DNA of 64,000 nt from IMG/VR virus record IMGVR_UViG_3300020478_000004, positions 32,001-96,000 of that record; one strand, written 5' to 3'. A program made the translations under genes and the position numbers. How positions within the stretch are numbered: the first letter of the stretch is position 1; the number at the start of each line of letters is the position of its first letter. Below, piece after piece: positions 40,219 to 50,019 of the stretch. Source of the DNA: a virus. Below the pieces are notes generated by a model, which was not told the DNA's origin, searched no databases, and saw only the letters and a list, made by a program, of their open reading frames with translations.

Positions 40219-40765
40219 TGAAGAATATATATTACAATTATCTAGATTGCATGATCAAAAAGCATCATTTGGTGATGCTAAAGGATTAAAACAGTCAGAG
40301 AAATATATTAAAAAATATAATCCAGAGAGTGTAATTGATTACGGGTGTGGTAAAGGTGGAGTAACCTTAGCATTACAAGAAGCATATCCGGATATGAAAG
40401 TAGTAGGATATGATCCAGGTAATCCTACTTATGCGGCTAAACCTGAAGGAACATTTGATATGCTTATATCAACAGATGTATTAGAGCATATTGAACCACA
40501 GTTTTTAGAAAATGTTTTACGGCATATGAACGAACTATTTACTAAAGTTGCTTTTTTAATTATTGCAACAAGCCCTGCTAAAAAGTTTTTACCAGATGGG
40601 CGTAACGCACATCTTATTGTTGAAAACCCAGGATGGTGGAAACCTTTATTAGAAAAGTATGTTGGTGGTAAAATTGTGCATCATGAATTTGTAGAAAAAA
40701 CTAGAACAGATAAAAAAGGTATTGTTCATCCTAATAACAAATATATTGTAGTACTGGAAAAATAA
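40205..40765 (+). CDS. Class I SAM methyltransferase
   Basis: IDYGCGKG, GYDP, DVLEHIEP. Confidence 0.85.
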   Translation: MKTISEEYILQLSRLHDQKASFGDAKGLKQSEKYIKKYNPESVIDYGCGKGGVTLALQEAYPDMKVVGYDPGNPTYAAKPEGTFDMLISTDVLEHIEPQFLENVLRHMNELFTKVAFLIIATSPAKKFLPDGRNAHLIVENPGWWKPLLEKYVGGKIVHHEFVEKTRTDKKGIVHPNNKYIVVLEK

Positions 40766-41262
40766 TGGTTACAAAAGCAGATTACACTATCACAGAAAAC
40801 TTCTTAGATGAAGAAGCATTTAAGTTTATTGAACAACAACTTATGGGTACACAATTTCCTTGGTTCTTTCAACCAGGAGTTGTTGAAGAAAACGATGACG
40901 GACTATGGACTTATTTTGCTCATCAGTTCTTTGCAGAAAATAGACCACAATCAAATTATATACAAATACTTCAACCTTTATTTGATAGGCTTAACCCTAA
41001 AGCACTTGTAAGAGCAAAAGCAAACTGTTATATACGTTCTGAAAAATTACATCAACATAACTTCCATATTGATGGTGATTACGATCATAATTTAGCAATA
41101 TTATCTATTAATACTTGTAACGGATTTACTGTCCTTGAAGATGGAACAAAAATAGAAAGTAAACGGAATCGTTTATTAATAATTAATGGTTCACAAAAAC
41201 ACGCCAGTACTACTTGTACAGATGCTCAAATGCGAGTAAACATAGGAGTTAATTTTTTCTAA
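40765..41262 (+). CDS. 2OG-Fe(II) oxygenase
   Basis: FHID...NG.T...H.S....R.NI..NF. Confidence 0.75.
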   Translation: MVTKADYTITENFLDEEAFKFIEQQLMGTQFPWFFQPGVVEENDDGLWTYFAHQFFAENRPQSNYIQILQPLFDRLNPKALVRAKANCYIRSEKLHQHNFHIDGDYDHNLAILSINTCNGFTVLEDGTKIESKRNRLLIINGSQKHASTTCTDAQMRVNIGVNFF

Positions 41263-41993
41263 TGTCTTTTACAAACTTAATGACTATAGCCCTTGATTCT
41301 ATATTAGATGAAGTTACTTGCAATGGTAAGTGTGCTCCTAATGTAGTTGAACTTGGTAACCAAAGATTAAAAAATAATAAGTCACGTGCTAAAATGTACC
41401 TAAAATTAAACACTACTGGTACTGAAGGACTGTCAACAACAAAAGAATTTTATAAAGACATTGGCTTTAGGAGTTATCTAGCGATCGATGTAAACACCGA
41501 TAATGATGCAGTTGCGTTAGATCTTAATATGGATTTAGAAAAGCATTACGGATTTAAAGACAAATTTGATTTAGTAACTAACAACGGTACTGGTGAACAC
41601 GTTTTTAATCAGTATATGGTATTTAGAAATGTTCATAACTTATGCCAAGTTAAAGGTTTTATGATTCATGTATTGCCTTTTTATAGATGGGTTGATCACG
41701 GATTTTATAATTTTCAACCTAATTTATTTCCGTGTTTAGCATTACAAAACAATTATAAATTAAATGGTTTATGGATAGGATCAAGCGATGGTCAAAGAAT
41801 AGAAAAACTATCTGGAAAATTATCTCGTGATAAAGGATATAGAAATGACTATAATTTAGATAGTTGGGAACGTGATCCAATGATAGTTGCTATTATGCAA
41901 AAGAAAGAAGATAACGAATTTACTTCTCCACAACAACATTTATATAATAACGATAATATTACTAGTGAGGAAATATCTGAAAGATACAAATGA
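41262..41993 (+). CDS. SAM methyltransferase-like protein
   Basis: VELGNQ, FDLVTNNGTGEHVFNQ, DHGFYNF. Confidence 0.65.
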   Translation: MSFTNLMTIALDSILDEVTCNGKCAPNVVELGNQRLKNNKSRAKMYLKLNTTGTEGLSTTKEFYKDIGFRSYLAIDVNTDNDAVALDLNMDLEKHYGFKDKFDLVTNNGTGEHVFNQYMVFRNVHNLCQVKGFMIHVLPFYRWVDHGFYNFQPNLFPCLALQNNYKLNGLWIGSSDGQRIEKLSGKLSRDKGYRNDYNLDSWERDPMIVAIMQKKEDNEFTSPQQHLYNNDNITSEEISERYK

Positions 41994-42739
41994 ACCTGTC
42001 AGTATTACAAAACTTTAAACCTGAACATTTTAAAATGGATCCGTTCCCACATATCCATATACCACAGGTATTACCATGGGGGTTATATAAAGAATTAGAA
42101 GAAACTTATCCCGAAGAACTTATGCTTAAAGGTGAAACTAAAGGCTTTGGCGATATGCGTTATCAACAAAAAGATTTTGATTACTCAGCTATTACTCCTT
42201 TATGGAAAGCATTTGCAGATTATAATACTAGTAAGTGGTTTAAAGATGAAGCCGTACAAGCATTACAAGAAGGAATAAAATATCACTATGGTGATAAGTT
42301 ATATACAAAATATGCCCGAGCTGATGTAAAACCTAGATATGAAAAAGGCCCTGCTGATGCTATGAAAATGGAAATGCAATTTGTTATTAATGCAATTGAT
42401 GTTAAACAAATTAGAACACCACACGTTGATCAAGCACGTGAATTATTTGCATTTTTATTTTATTTTAAAAAGTTTGCTGACAAAAAAGAAGACGGTGGAT
42501 TAAATCTTTATAAGAAAAAAACAACAGGACAATGGCGAAGATCCGGCGGTCGTGTTGCATTACCTGATGATATTGAACCTGTAGCTCATATTCAATATCG
42601 CCAAAATACTATGGTAGGTTTCTTAAATACAGTTAACAGTTTGCACGGTGTAACACCTAGAGAAAATCCTACTAATATTAGACGATATGTTAATATTGAT
42701 TGCCATGTGCAGGAAAAATTATTTAAATTTCAAGATTAG
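41990..42739 (+). CDS. 2OG-Fe(II) oxygenase
   Basis: PFPH, PHVD, GG.L, SLHGVTPR...RRYVN. Confidence 0.75.
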   Translation: MNLSVLQNFKPEHFKMDPFPHIHIPQVLPWGLYKELEETYPEELMLKGETKGFGDMRYQQKDFDYSAITPLWKAFADYNTSKWFKDEAVQALQEGIKYHYGDKLYTKYARADVKPRYEKGPADAMKMEMQFVINAIDVKQIRTPHVDQARELFAFLFYFKKFADKKEDGGLNLYKKKTTGQWRRSGGRVALPDDIEPVAHIQYRQNTMVGFLNTVNSLHGVTPRENPTNIRRYVNIDCHVQEKLFKFQD

Positions 42740-42747
42740 GAGAAATT

Positions 42748-42858
42748 ATGTTTGAAAACGAATGGGTATCTTGGATATTAGGATATAAGTTACAATATTG
42801 GTATTGTAAAAATTATGATTTCGTTAATAAAAGATGTAAAAAGTGGGAGTGGAGATGA
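42748..42858 (+). CDS. 36-aa Trp-rich peptide (absent from the ORF track)
   Basis: AGGAG SD; ATGA overlap with the next gene. Confidence 0.45.
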   Translation: MFENEWVSWILGYKLQYWYCKNYDFVNKRCKKWEWR

Positions 42859-43217
42859 CAGTTAAAGCAGGAAAGATATGGGGACAAACGGAATTAATTC
42901 ATGCTAATGGTGTGTTAGAATTCCATCGTATCGAATTTAAAAAAGGTTTTAAATGTTCAGAACATGAACACTTATATAAGTTTAATGGATTCTTTGTTGA
43001 ACGTGGCAAGATGCTTGTTCGCGTTTGGCAAGATGATGATCAAGAAGGTTTAATAGACGAAACTATTCTTGAAGCAGGAGACTTTACTGTAGTTAAACCC
43101 GGTAAAGTTCATCAGTTTGAAGGCATAGAAGATGGCGTAGCCTTTGAACTATATTGGGCTGAATTTGATCATAACGATATAGTTCGTAGAACAGTCGGCT
43201 CAAAAGTTAACCCTTAA
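42855..43217 (+). CDS. Cupin-domain protein
   Basis: KIWG, CSEHEH..K.NGF.VE.G, PGKVHQF. Confidence 0.75.
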   Translation: MTVKAGKIWGQTELIHANGVLEFHRIEFKKGFKCSEHEHLYKFNGFFVERGKMLVRVWQDDDQEGLIDETILEAGDFTVVKPGKVHQFEGIEDGVAFELYWAEFDHNDIVRRTVGSKVNP

Positions 43218-43230
43218 CCAGAGGTATAAA

Positions 43231-43521
43231 ATGAAGTTTACAGTATTAGTTTTATTGAGTTTTATGTTTATGGGATGTGTAGGATTATATGCTGATTCAG
43301 ATATTAATACACGATTGGATCAGGCAAGTAAAACAAAATGGCGTTCTCAATCCTGGCCGTTCATGCAATATCCAGCAGATGAGAAAAAGCTCACAAAGTT
43401 TTTAGCTAGTACATCTTTGTATAAAGATTGCGTAGCTAAGAAAGGTCATGTAACACAAATGTACCAGGATGGTATGATTGGTGACTTAACTCTTATTTGT
43501 GAAGAGAAAGTTGGAAGATAA
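43231..43521 (+). CDS. Hypothetical exported protein or lipoprotein
   Basis: Signal-peptide-like N-terminus ending FMGC. Confidence 0.5.
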   Translation: MKFTVLVLLSFMFMGCVGLYADSDINTRLDQASKTKWRSQSWPFMQYPADEKKLTKFLASTSLYKDCVAKKGHVTQMYQDGMIGDLTLICEEKVGR

Positions 43522-43713
43522 ATGCCTTTATATCCATATCTATGTCGCAGGTGTTGTTGGACTGAAACACTTGACATAGAAGTTAAGGATAGGGATAAAA
43601 AGCAATGGTGTGATTCTTGTCGGGAACATACGCTAGACAGGACGTCATGGCGTATAAAACCCGAAGGATGGTACACAAACGAACATGGTGTAGTAACTAT
43701 TAGAAAGGAATAG
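43522..43713 (+). CDS. Zinc-ribbon protein (FmdB-like)
   Basis: MPLYPYLCRRC...CDSC. Confidence 0.6.
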   Translation: MPLYPYLCRRCCWTETLDIEVKDRDKKQWCDSCREHTLDRTSWRIKPEGWYTNEHGVVTIRKE

Positions 43714-43856
43714 ATGTTTGGAATATGTAAAAAAATATGTCGTTGGTTATGTCCAGAGAAACCTCTGGTATTAAAAAACGAAGTAAAAACAAAGAAAAAG
43801 AAAAAGTATAAACGTAAAGCTAACCCTTATGGTGGCAAATGGAATGGGAGGTTATA

Positions 43857-44051
43857 ATGTCAAAAGAACTTAACGAAAACGAAACACGCCCTAGAATTTA
43901 TGAGCGTAATCCTGATACAGGAGTTATTCGTTGGAGATATGTTGGTGAAAGTCCTGACGATTATGGATGGCCAAATTATGGCAACATTCTTACTAAAGAG
44001 GAAGAGAAAGAGTTGGATAAAGATTGTAAAGATGGAGGTTGTAAGTTGTGA
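43857..44051 (+). CDS. Small hypothetical protein
   Basis: GGAGG SD; IYERNPDTG motif. Confidence 0.5.
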   Translation: MSKELNENETRPRIYERNPDTGVIRWRYVGESPDDYGWPNYGNILTKEEEKELDKDCKDGGCKL

Positions 44052-44173
44052 GAAGCAAAGATGAATATCAAGATTTAGCTGATTGTATTCGTTCTGATCA
44101 ATTATCTGCTAGACAAGTAGTAGATGAAATGGAGGCTGATCCGGAATTTGCAAAATGGTATAAAAAGAAGTAC

Positions 44174-44202
44174 TTGACAAATAATGAAGAATAAAGTATA
44201 CT
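44174..44202 (+). promoter_or_regulatory. Sigma70 promoter TTGACA-N17-TATACT, ATG 6 nt downstream
   Basis: Near-consensus match in the sequence. Confidence 0.8.
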
Positions 44203-44208
44203 AGTACT

Positions 44209-44664
44209 ATGTATAATAAAGAACTATTCATGGCGCTTGACAAAGATAGTAAAGGCGTATGGGACGAATATACTGATGACGAGCGTACACAAATTATTAA
44301 AGAAAAGTTTTGGTTACTAAATCGTTATATGAGTTTAGTCAACGGCACACAGGCAGAAGAAGAATTTGCTGTTACGGCTACAAACGAACTGTATAATATA
44401 AATTGGGCTATAGTTAGTAAACATCCTAAATTACTTTGGCAATTGTTATGTTGTACACATAATCCAGAAAGAAAAGAACGAAGTCATGGTTGGATAGCCT
44501 TAAAGAAAAAAGGTAGCAAAGATCCAAAAACAAAGTTCTTATTAGAACTATATCCAAATAAAAAACAAGACGAGGTTGAATTACTTGCTAGAATATCTAC
44601 AAAAGCGGAACTTAAACAACTCGCCCAAGATTTGGGATACGAGAAAAAAGATGTCAAGTTCTAA
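44209..44664 (+). CDS. Clamp-loader small subunit (T4 gp62-like)
   Basis: FWLLNRYMS..NE..N...L.W pattern resembling gp62; replication context. Confidence 0.5.
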   Translation: MYNKELFMALDKDSKGVWDEYTDDERTQIIKEKFWLLNRYMSLVNGTQAEEEFAVTATNELYNINWAIVSKHPKLLWQLLCCTHNPERKERSHGWIALKKKGSKDPKTKFLLELYPNKKQDEVELLARISTKAELKQLAQDLGYEKKDVKF

Positions 44665-45337
44665 ACCATATATTTGTAAATACTGTGGAACAGGATACAC
44701 AAGAGAAAAAACTCTTGCTGTTCATATGTGCGAAAAGAAAAGACGCCATATGCAAAAAGACGAGAAAAGAGTACAATTAGGATACTTAACGTTTAATAGG
44801 TTCTATCAATTGTGCCAAAAGTTTGAAGGAAATAAAACTTATGAAGAATTTTGTGATAGCCCTTATTATAATGCTTTTGTTAAGTTTGGGAGTTTTCTCA
44901 ATAACGTGCGACCTCTTTATCCTGACAAATACATCGATTATGTCGTAACAAGTGGTGTTAAACTTGATCATTGGTGCAGAGACGAATTATATGAAAAGTA
45001 TGCATTGAATTTAATTCTTAAAGAAAGTGTTGAAACTGCACTTGAAAGAAGTATTAAAACAATGATGGATTGGTCAGAAGAAAAAGAAGCTCCTTGGCAA
45101 CATTATTTTTCTTATGTTAGTTTAAATCGTGCTTGCCAAGATATTAAAGATGGGAAAGTAAGTCCGTGGCTAATACTTAATACTAAGAGCGGAAAAGAAA
45201 TGTTAGCAAAATTTAGTGACGAACAATTACAAATTGTATTTCACGTTATGAATCCACAACATTGGGCTATGAGATTTAAAAGACACGTAGCTGATGTAGA
45301 GCTAGTTAAGGAAGTAGCAAAAGAAAGTAATTTATGA
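44651..45337 (+). CDS. Hypothetical protein with N-terminal zinc finger
   Basis: YICKYCGTGY...LAVHMC. Confidence 0.6.
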   Translation: MSSSKPYICKYCGTGYTREKTLAVHMCEKKRRHMQKDEKRVQLGYLTFNRFYQLCQKFEGNKTYEEFCDSPYYNAFVKFGSFLNNVRPLYPDKYIDYVVTSGVKLDHWCRDELYEKYALNLILKESVETALERSIKTMMDWSEEKEAPWQHYFSYVSLNRACQDIKDGKVSPWLILNTKSGKEMLAKFSDEQLQIVFHVMNPQHWAMRFKRHVADVELVKEVAKESNL

Positions 45338-45567
45338 AAAAAGACGATAAATTTAAAGCACATGGTATTATAATAGAAGATATTCAAGCACAAGTTAGTA
45401 TTGAAAAAGATGACTCTGTAACTATTAAATTTGTTGGGTTTAAATCTAATGGCTCTGCACAAGAATATGCAAATAGAATTCTTGCTAACATGGGATTTAT
45501 ATTAGAAATGATAGAAGAAAATGCTCCTAATGAACCTAAAGGGCAAATTAAAAAGACGATACACTAA
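45334..45567 (+). CDS. Small hypothetical protein
   Basis: ATGA and TAATG overlaps with neighbours. Confidence 0.5.
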   Translation: MKKDDKFKAHGIIIEDIQAQVSIEKDDSVTIKFVGFKSNGSAQEYANRILANMGFILEMIEENAPNEPKGQIKKTIH

Positions 45568-46157
45568 TGCCAGATATTGATATAGACTTTGCTAATAGAG
45601 ATGTTATATTAGAAAAAATAAAACATCGAGTAGCAAGATTAAACAAAGAAAAGAAACATAATACAGGAGTTTACTTTACAGAAATTCCAAGCAATCCTGT
45701 AGATAATATGTCAACTGTTGATTATAAGACTGCTGAAAATCGTGGCTATTTCAAATTAGATTTTCTAAATGTAAGTCTGTATAAAGACATAAAAAATGAA
45801 GATCATCTAAATACGTTAGTACATAAGGAACCGTTATGGACACTTCTAGAACACGAAGATTTCGTCAAAAAATTATTTCACGTAGGCGAACATTTTTCAA
45901 TTTTAAAAAGCATGAAACCAAAGTCAGTAGAACAACTCGCTATGGTCCTAGCAGTAATACGACCAGGGAAACGTCACCTACTAGGGAAGACGTGGAACGA
46001 TATGAAAGAGACAATATGGGAGAAACCGAAAAACAATGAATACTATTTCAAAAAAGCTCACGCAGTTGCCTACGCTATGGCAATTGTGGTACAAATAAAT
46101 TTGATATGTGAGCAATTGAATGAAGGGAGCAACACTAATCCAGTGTCAACGATGTAG
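45567..46157 (+). CDS. Miniature DNA polymerase III alpha (family C) catalytic core
   Basis: PDIDIDF, KHNTGVY, GYFKLDFL, LAVIRPG and YYFKKAHAVAYA occur in DnaE order within 196 aa. Confidence 0.8.
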   Translation: MPDIDIDFANRDVILEKIKHRVARLNKEKKHNTGVYFTEIPSNPVDNMSTVDYKTAENRGYFKLDFLNVSLYKDIKNEDHLNTLVHKEPLWTLLEHEDFVKKLFHVGEHFSILKSMKPKSVEQLAMVLAVIRPGKRHLLGKTWNDMKETIWEKPKNNEYYFKKAHAVAYAMAIVVQINLICEQLNEGSNTNPVSTM

Positions 46158-46266
46158 AGTTGGTAGCTTGATATATATTAAAGAGAATATATGGAAGTGT
46201 AATACGTGCAAACATGAATTCAGAAAATTTTGGCAAAGTAAAAATAATAGACAATTGGATAGATAA
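46120..46266 (+). CDS. 48-aa zinc-ribbon peptide (absent from the ORF track)
   Basis: MKGATLIQCQRC...WKCNTCKHEF; overlaps both neighbours. Confidence 0.45.
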   Translation: MKGATLIQCQRCRVGSLIYIKENIWKCNTCKHEFRKFWQSKNNRQLDR

Positions 46267-46729
46267 AGATTTTATTGATCATTTATCCGATCAATTTTTG
46301 TATAGTTATCCACATTACTTTGTTGAAAGCTCATTGAACACAAAACCTAATATGTACTCGCATGATTTCCCGCCAGGAAATCCTATAATTAGTATGCTAT
46401 CAGAAAAGATACAAAAACAATTCGGACCTAAACTTAATTTTACTAGAGTTTATTTTAATGTTGCACACCCAGGAATGAACGGAAGTTTTCATGTAGACTC
46501 TAAAGATCCAAATGCTGGTCCTTCTATAATGTTAATGGTTACACCTAAAGGCGAAGGAGGTGAATTTTTTTATAAACCCGACCCAACCGATAACTTATGT
46601 ATAGAAAAAATAGAATATGAACAGAATAGATTGCTCGTATTTAATTCACACATGGAACACTACGGACAATCATTTACTAACAAACCTCGAATAACTTTGG
46701 TATTTAAAACTTATGTCGAACCCAATTAA
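46214..46729 (+). CDS. 2OG-Fe(II) oxygenase, paralogue of 33833..34306
   Basis: HPGMNGSFHVDS and HYG...PR.TLVF.TYV shared. Confidence 0.75.
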   Translation: MNSENFGKVKIIDNWIDKDFIDHLSDQFLYSYPHYFVESSLNTKPNMYSHDFPPGNPIISMLSEKIQKQFGPKLNFTRVYFNVAHPGMNGSFHVDSKDPNAGPSIMLMVTPKGEGGEFFYKPDPTDNLCIEKIEYEQNRLLVFNSHMEHYGQSFTNKPRITLVFKTYVEPN

Positions 46730-47435
46730 AGTTAAATTTTTTACACCTTTTGCTGAATTACAAGAAACATTACCACCAGTTCCAGCTAGTAAGTTTTGGC
46801 CTGAATGGTTTAAAAATGCACCAGGAACACGACCCGGTACTGAAGGATACCACAAAGATTCTAGAACTGTAAAGAGCTGTCCAGGCATATTAGATATGCT
46901 TAATATGGGATATATTATTCCACTATGGGCGGATTATAAAGTTACTAGACAAGAAGATGGAAATGTAAACTGGCAAGTACCTTCATTAAGCAACGGTCGT
47001 TCTATGTATGGAGCAGGAATTCATCCACATGATCAAATAGAAAGTTATCCTTTTGAAGAAGATACTTATAAAGGTTCATTTAAGTTTCAAAATCCTTGGG
47101 AAGTAAAAACTCCTAAAGGATATAGTTGTATTATGATTCATCCTTTTTATAATAAACATCCTAACTTACAAGTTTTAACTGGAAATGTTGATACTGATTA
47201 TTATCATGAACTTCATGTAAATTCTTTCTTTACTGCTCCAGTAAATAAAACAATTTTATTTGAGTATGGTATGCCACTAGTGCAAATTATTCCTTATAAA
47301 AGAGACGAATATGAAATGGAAGCATTAGCTGGAGATCATCGTACAAGAGATAATATTCTAACACAGTTTATACACAATTCTATATTTGCTCCTCAGCATT
47401 ATAGAAAAAATCTATCTCCTAAACGATACAAATAG
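46713..47435 (+). CDS. Hypothetical protein, paralogue of 39460..40218
   Basis: PEWFK...CPGI.D.L..GY.IPLW...G.PL.QIIP. Confidence 0.6.
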   Translation: MSNPIKVKFFTPFAELQETLPPVPASKFWPEWFKNAPGTRPGTEGYHKDSRTVKSCPGILDMLNMGYIIPLWADYKVTRQEDGNVNWQVPSLSNGRSMYGAGIHPHDQIESYPFEEDTYKGSFKFQNPWEVKTPKGYSCIMIHPFYNKHPNLQVLTGNVDTDYYHELHVNSFFTAPVNKTILFEYGMPLVQIIPYKRDEYEMEALAGDHRTRDNILTQFIHNSIFAPQHYRKNLSPKRYK

Positions 47436-47807
47436 TTAAGATTTTGGCTTTCTAATTAATTGGACACTCTTTCGTTTAACTCGCTTTACAGATAAGTTAC
47501 CTAAATTTACAATAGGTCCTACTGTTACTTTAACATCTTTGCTATTCATAGTAACTAAGGCGTGTTTAAATCTAGTGAATTCTTTAGGTAAGAAGATACT
47601 TATAGGAATAGTTCTATTGCTTTCAAACCACCAAGTCTCTCCCATGCGTATAAAATGCTCTTTTTCTTCAGCTTCTCTGAGCATAGTATATACGTACATG
47701 GAAGTAACGTGTTGATCTTGATTAGCAATTATACCTATATATTCGTCACCCCCGTATTGTACAACACTTAAAAAGGGGAAATTTGTTTCTATATCTTTTA
47801 ATAGCAT
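47436..47807 (-). CDS. Hypothetical protein
   Basis: 123-aa ORF whose stop abuts the stop of the converging gene. Confidence 0.6.
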   Translation of the reverse strand: MLLKDIETNFPFLSVVQYGGDEYIGIIANQDQHVTSMYVYTMLREAEEKEHFIRMGETWWFESNRTIPISIFLPKEFTRFKHALVTMNSKDVKVTVGPIVNLGNLSVKRVKRKSVQLIRKPKS

Positions 47808-47847
47808 CTTTCAAATAAATACACTTATATAAAATAGTGAGAACATT

Positions 47848-48636
47848 ATGCAGTTAACACCTAGATATTTATCAACCAATAAAGCCATAGTCATAGCAGA
47901 TTTGGCTAATAACATAACGGAGTATAGACCAGTGTACCAGAGAAATTTACAAGTATATAAAGGCATAGATAACGTATTGACCTTTGAGATTCAGAATCCA
48001 GATCAGAAACCTTTAAGTATATTAAACATTTACACGCCTAAATTTGTGGCGTTTGATGAAAATAACAATCTTGTCATTGAACATGATGGAACAATTAAAG
48101 AAACATCTACTCCTTCATTTAAAGGACAATTTACTGTAACAGTGACAGAAAACGATCTATTAGATTTAAAATCGCAATACCTAAGCTATAACATTTATCT
48201 TATAAAAACTGCGGATTTATCAAAAGTATTAACGTATGCAAACACTCACTATAACGCACACGGAACTATATTTGTAAGTGCTGAAGCATTCCCTGGTCCT
48301 TCTACAACTTATACTGTAAAAACATTTAGTGAAACTGCTGTAGATAGCAAAGTATTTGTAAGTGAATCTGTTACTGCCGAGCCGGCTAAAAATGGAAACG
48401 AAGCATTACATACTGCGGCATTTTATACAACTGGTTTTGAAGGAACAGTACATATTGATGCTACATTGGATAATGCAGTTACACTTGCTACTAAATGGGG
48501 CGAAGTTGCCCAACTTACTTTGGACAGTCCAACACAACCACAATACGTAAATTTTAATGGCGTATTCTCACACATAAGAGCTAGATATCAAAACAAAGTA
48601 TCAGGTACAATTGATCAAGTATTGATAAAAAACTAG
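47848..48636 (+). CDS. Putative virion structural protein (Ig/BppU-like)
   Basis: Late promoter ATAAATA at 47815-47821; beta-rich. Confidence 0.5.
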   Translation: MQLTPRYLSTNKAIVIADLANNITEYRPVYQRNLQVYKGIDNVLTFEIQNPDQKPLSILNIYTPKFVAFDENNNLVIEHDGTIKETSTPSFKGQFTVTVTENDLLDLKSQYLSYNIYLIKTADLSKVLTYANTHYNAHGTIFVSAEAFPGPSTTYTVKTFSETAVDSKVFVSESVTAEPAKNGNEALHTAAFYTTGFEGTVHIDATLDNAVTLATKWGEVAQLTLDSPTQPQYVNFNGVFSHIRARYQNKVSGTIDQVLIKN

Positions 48637-48665
48637 TTGACTTTTTCGCTAGTTTCTCATATAAT
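48637..48665 (+). promoter_or_regulatory. Sigma70 promoter TTGACT-N17-TATAAT, ATG 6 nt downstream
   Basis: Near-consensus match in the sequence. Confidence 0.8.
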
Positions 48666-48671
48666 AGTAAT

Positions 48672-49652
48672 ATGAGTAATCTAGTTCATGATACATTATT
48701 TTCGCACTTACCGGCAAAACGGAAAACCACTCCGAGTGGATGGACTAGTTTTAATGCACCATGTTGTCACCATAATGGTGAAACTCAAGATAAAAGAGCA
48801 AGAGGCGGATTAATAACAAACGGTGATGGTGGAATTAGCTTTCATTGTTTTAATTGTGGATTCAAAGCAAGTTATCAAAAAGGTCGTAAACTTTCTAGAA
48901 AGATGCGTAATCTTTTAGAATGGTTAGGAGCATCTGATAGCGTTATAACTTCACTTGCATTACAAGTTTTAGAATTTAATGAAAGCAATCCAGATTATAA
49001 AGTATTACCAGAACTTCCAAAATTTAAAGATGTAGAATTACCAAAAGGTGCAAAACCTATTACAGAATATAGCGATAATAATTTTACTAATAAGGTACTA
49101 GACTATATGAAACAACGTCAATTAAATGTTGACGATTATAATTTTCATTGGAGTCCCGAACTTGGTTATCGTGATAGATTAATTATTCCGTTTTATTACA
49201 ATGAAAGAATTGTTGGTTGGACAGCAAGAAAAATTACAGATGGCAGACCCAAATATATGTCCGAACAACAACCTGGTTATGTATTCAATTTAGATAATCA
49301 GGACTATAGAAGGTTATTTGTAATACTTGTAGAAGGTCCAATAGATGCAATAAACATTGACGGTTGTGCATTAATGGGTAGCGAAGTCAGAGATCAACAA
49401 GCACTATTGGTGAATAGTTTAAATAAGCAAGTAATAGTTTTGCCAGATAGAGACAAAGCAGGTATTAAACTAGTTGAAGAATCTATAGAGTTAGGTTGGT
49501 CAGTTAGTATGCCAGAATGGGAAGATGACGTGAGAGATGTTAATGATGCAATCCAAAAATATGGAAGAATGTTTACACTACACACCATTGTTTCTTATGC
49601 AGAAGAAAACGAATTAAAAATTAAATTAAGGAGCAAAAAATGGTTTGGTTAA
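48672..49652 (+). CDS. DNA primase (DnaG/T4 gp61-like)
   Basis: Zn finger (FHCFNCG), RLIIPF, TOPRIM motifs VEGPIDA and PDRDKAG, DVND. Confidence 0.88.
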   Translation: MSNLVHDTLFSHLPAKRKTTPSGWTSFNAPCCHHNGETQDKRARGGLITNGDGGISFHCFNCGFKASYQKGRKLSRKMRNLLEWLGASDSVITSLALQVLEFNESNPDYKVLPELPKFKDVELPKGAKPITEYSDNNFTNKVLDYMKQRQLNVDDYNFHWSPELGYRDRLIIPFYYNERIVGWTARKITDGRPKYMSEQQPGYVFNLDNQDYRRLFVILVEGPIDAINIDGCALMGSEVRDQQALLVNSLNKQVIVLPDRDKAGIKLVEESIELGWSVSMPEWEDDVRDVNDAIQKYGRMFTLHTIVSYAEENELKIKLRSKKWFG

Positions 49653-49772
49653 AAAAACTTTGGACTAAAGTTTGTACACCGTTCAAACAATGGCGAGAAA
49701 ATCGTCGCTTTAAAAAAAGAATAAAAGAACTCCAGAAAAAGGATCCTTTTATTTACAAGTAGGAAAGGTAGC

Positions 49773-50018
49773 ATGATGTTAGGACACGAACAAGACGAAG
49801 AAAAATTAGAAATTGCATATAGAAAGTTTGAAAAACTAACAGAAGAATTATGTAAGAACGGCCAACATGGACCATTAGAAGTTGCAGGAGTTATGATGGC
49901 ACAAGCTATGCGAATCTATAAAACTGCACTTAAAGAAGAAGACTTTGATCATCTTATTGAAACTATTTTAGAGAGTAGACATGGAATTACTCCGATACAG
50001 AAACCTACAATAAACTAA
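49773..50018 (+). CDS. Hypothetical protein
   Basis: 81-aa ORF with SD-like sequence. Confidence 0.5.
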   Translation: MMLGHEQDEEKLEIAYRKFEKLTEELCKNGQHGPLEVAGVMMAQAMRIYKTALKEEDFDHLIETILESRHGITPIQKPTIN

Positions 50019-50019
50019 T

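Noticed and set aside
45567-46157. dnaE pseudogene fragment
   Set aside because: Motifs that are far apart in DnaE are joined in one intact frame with catalytic residues kept, which does not look like decay.
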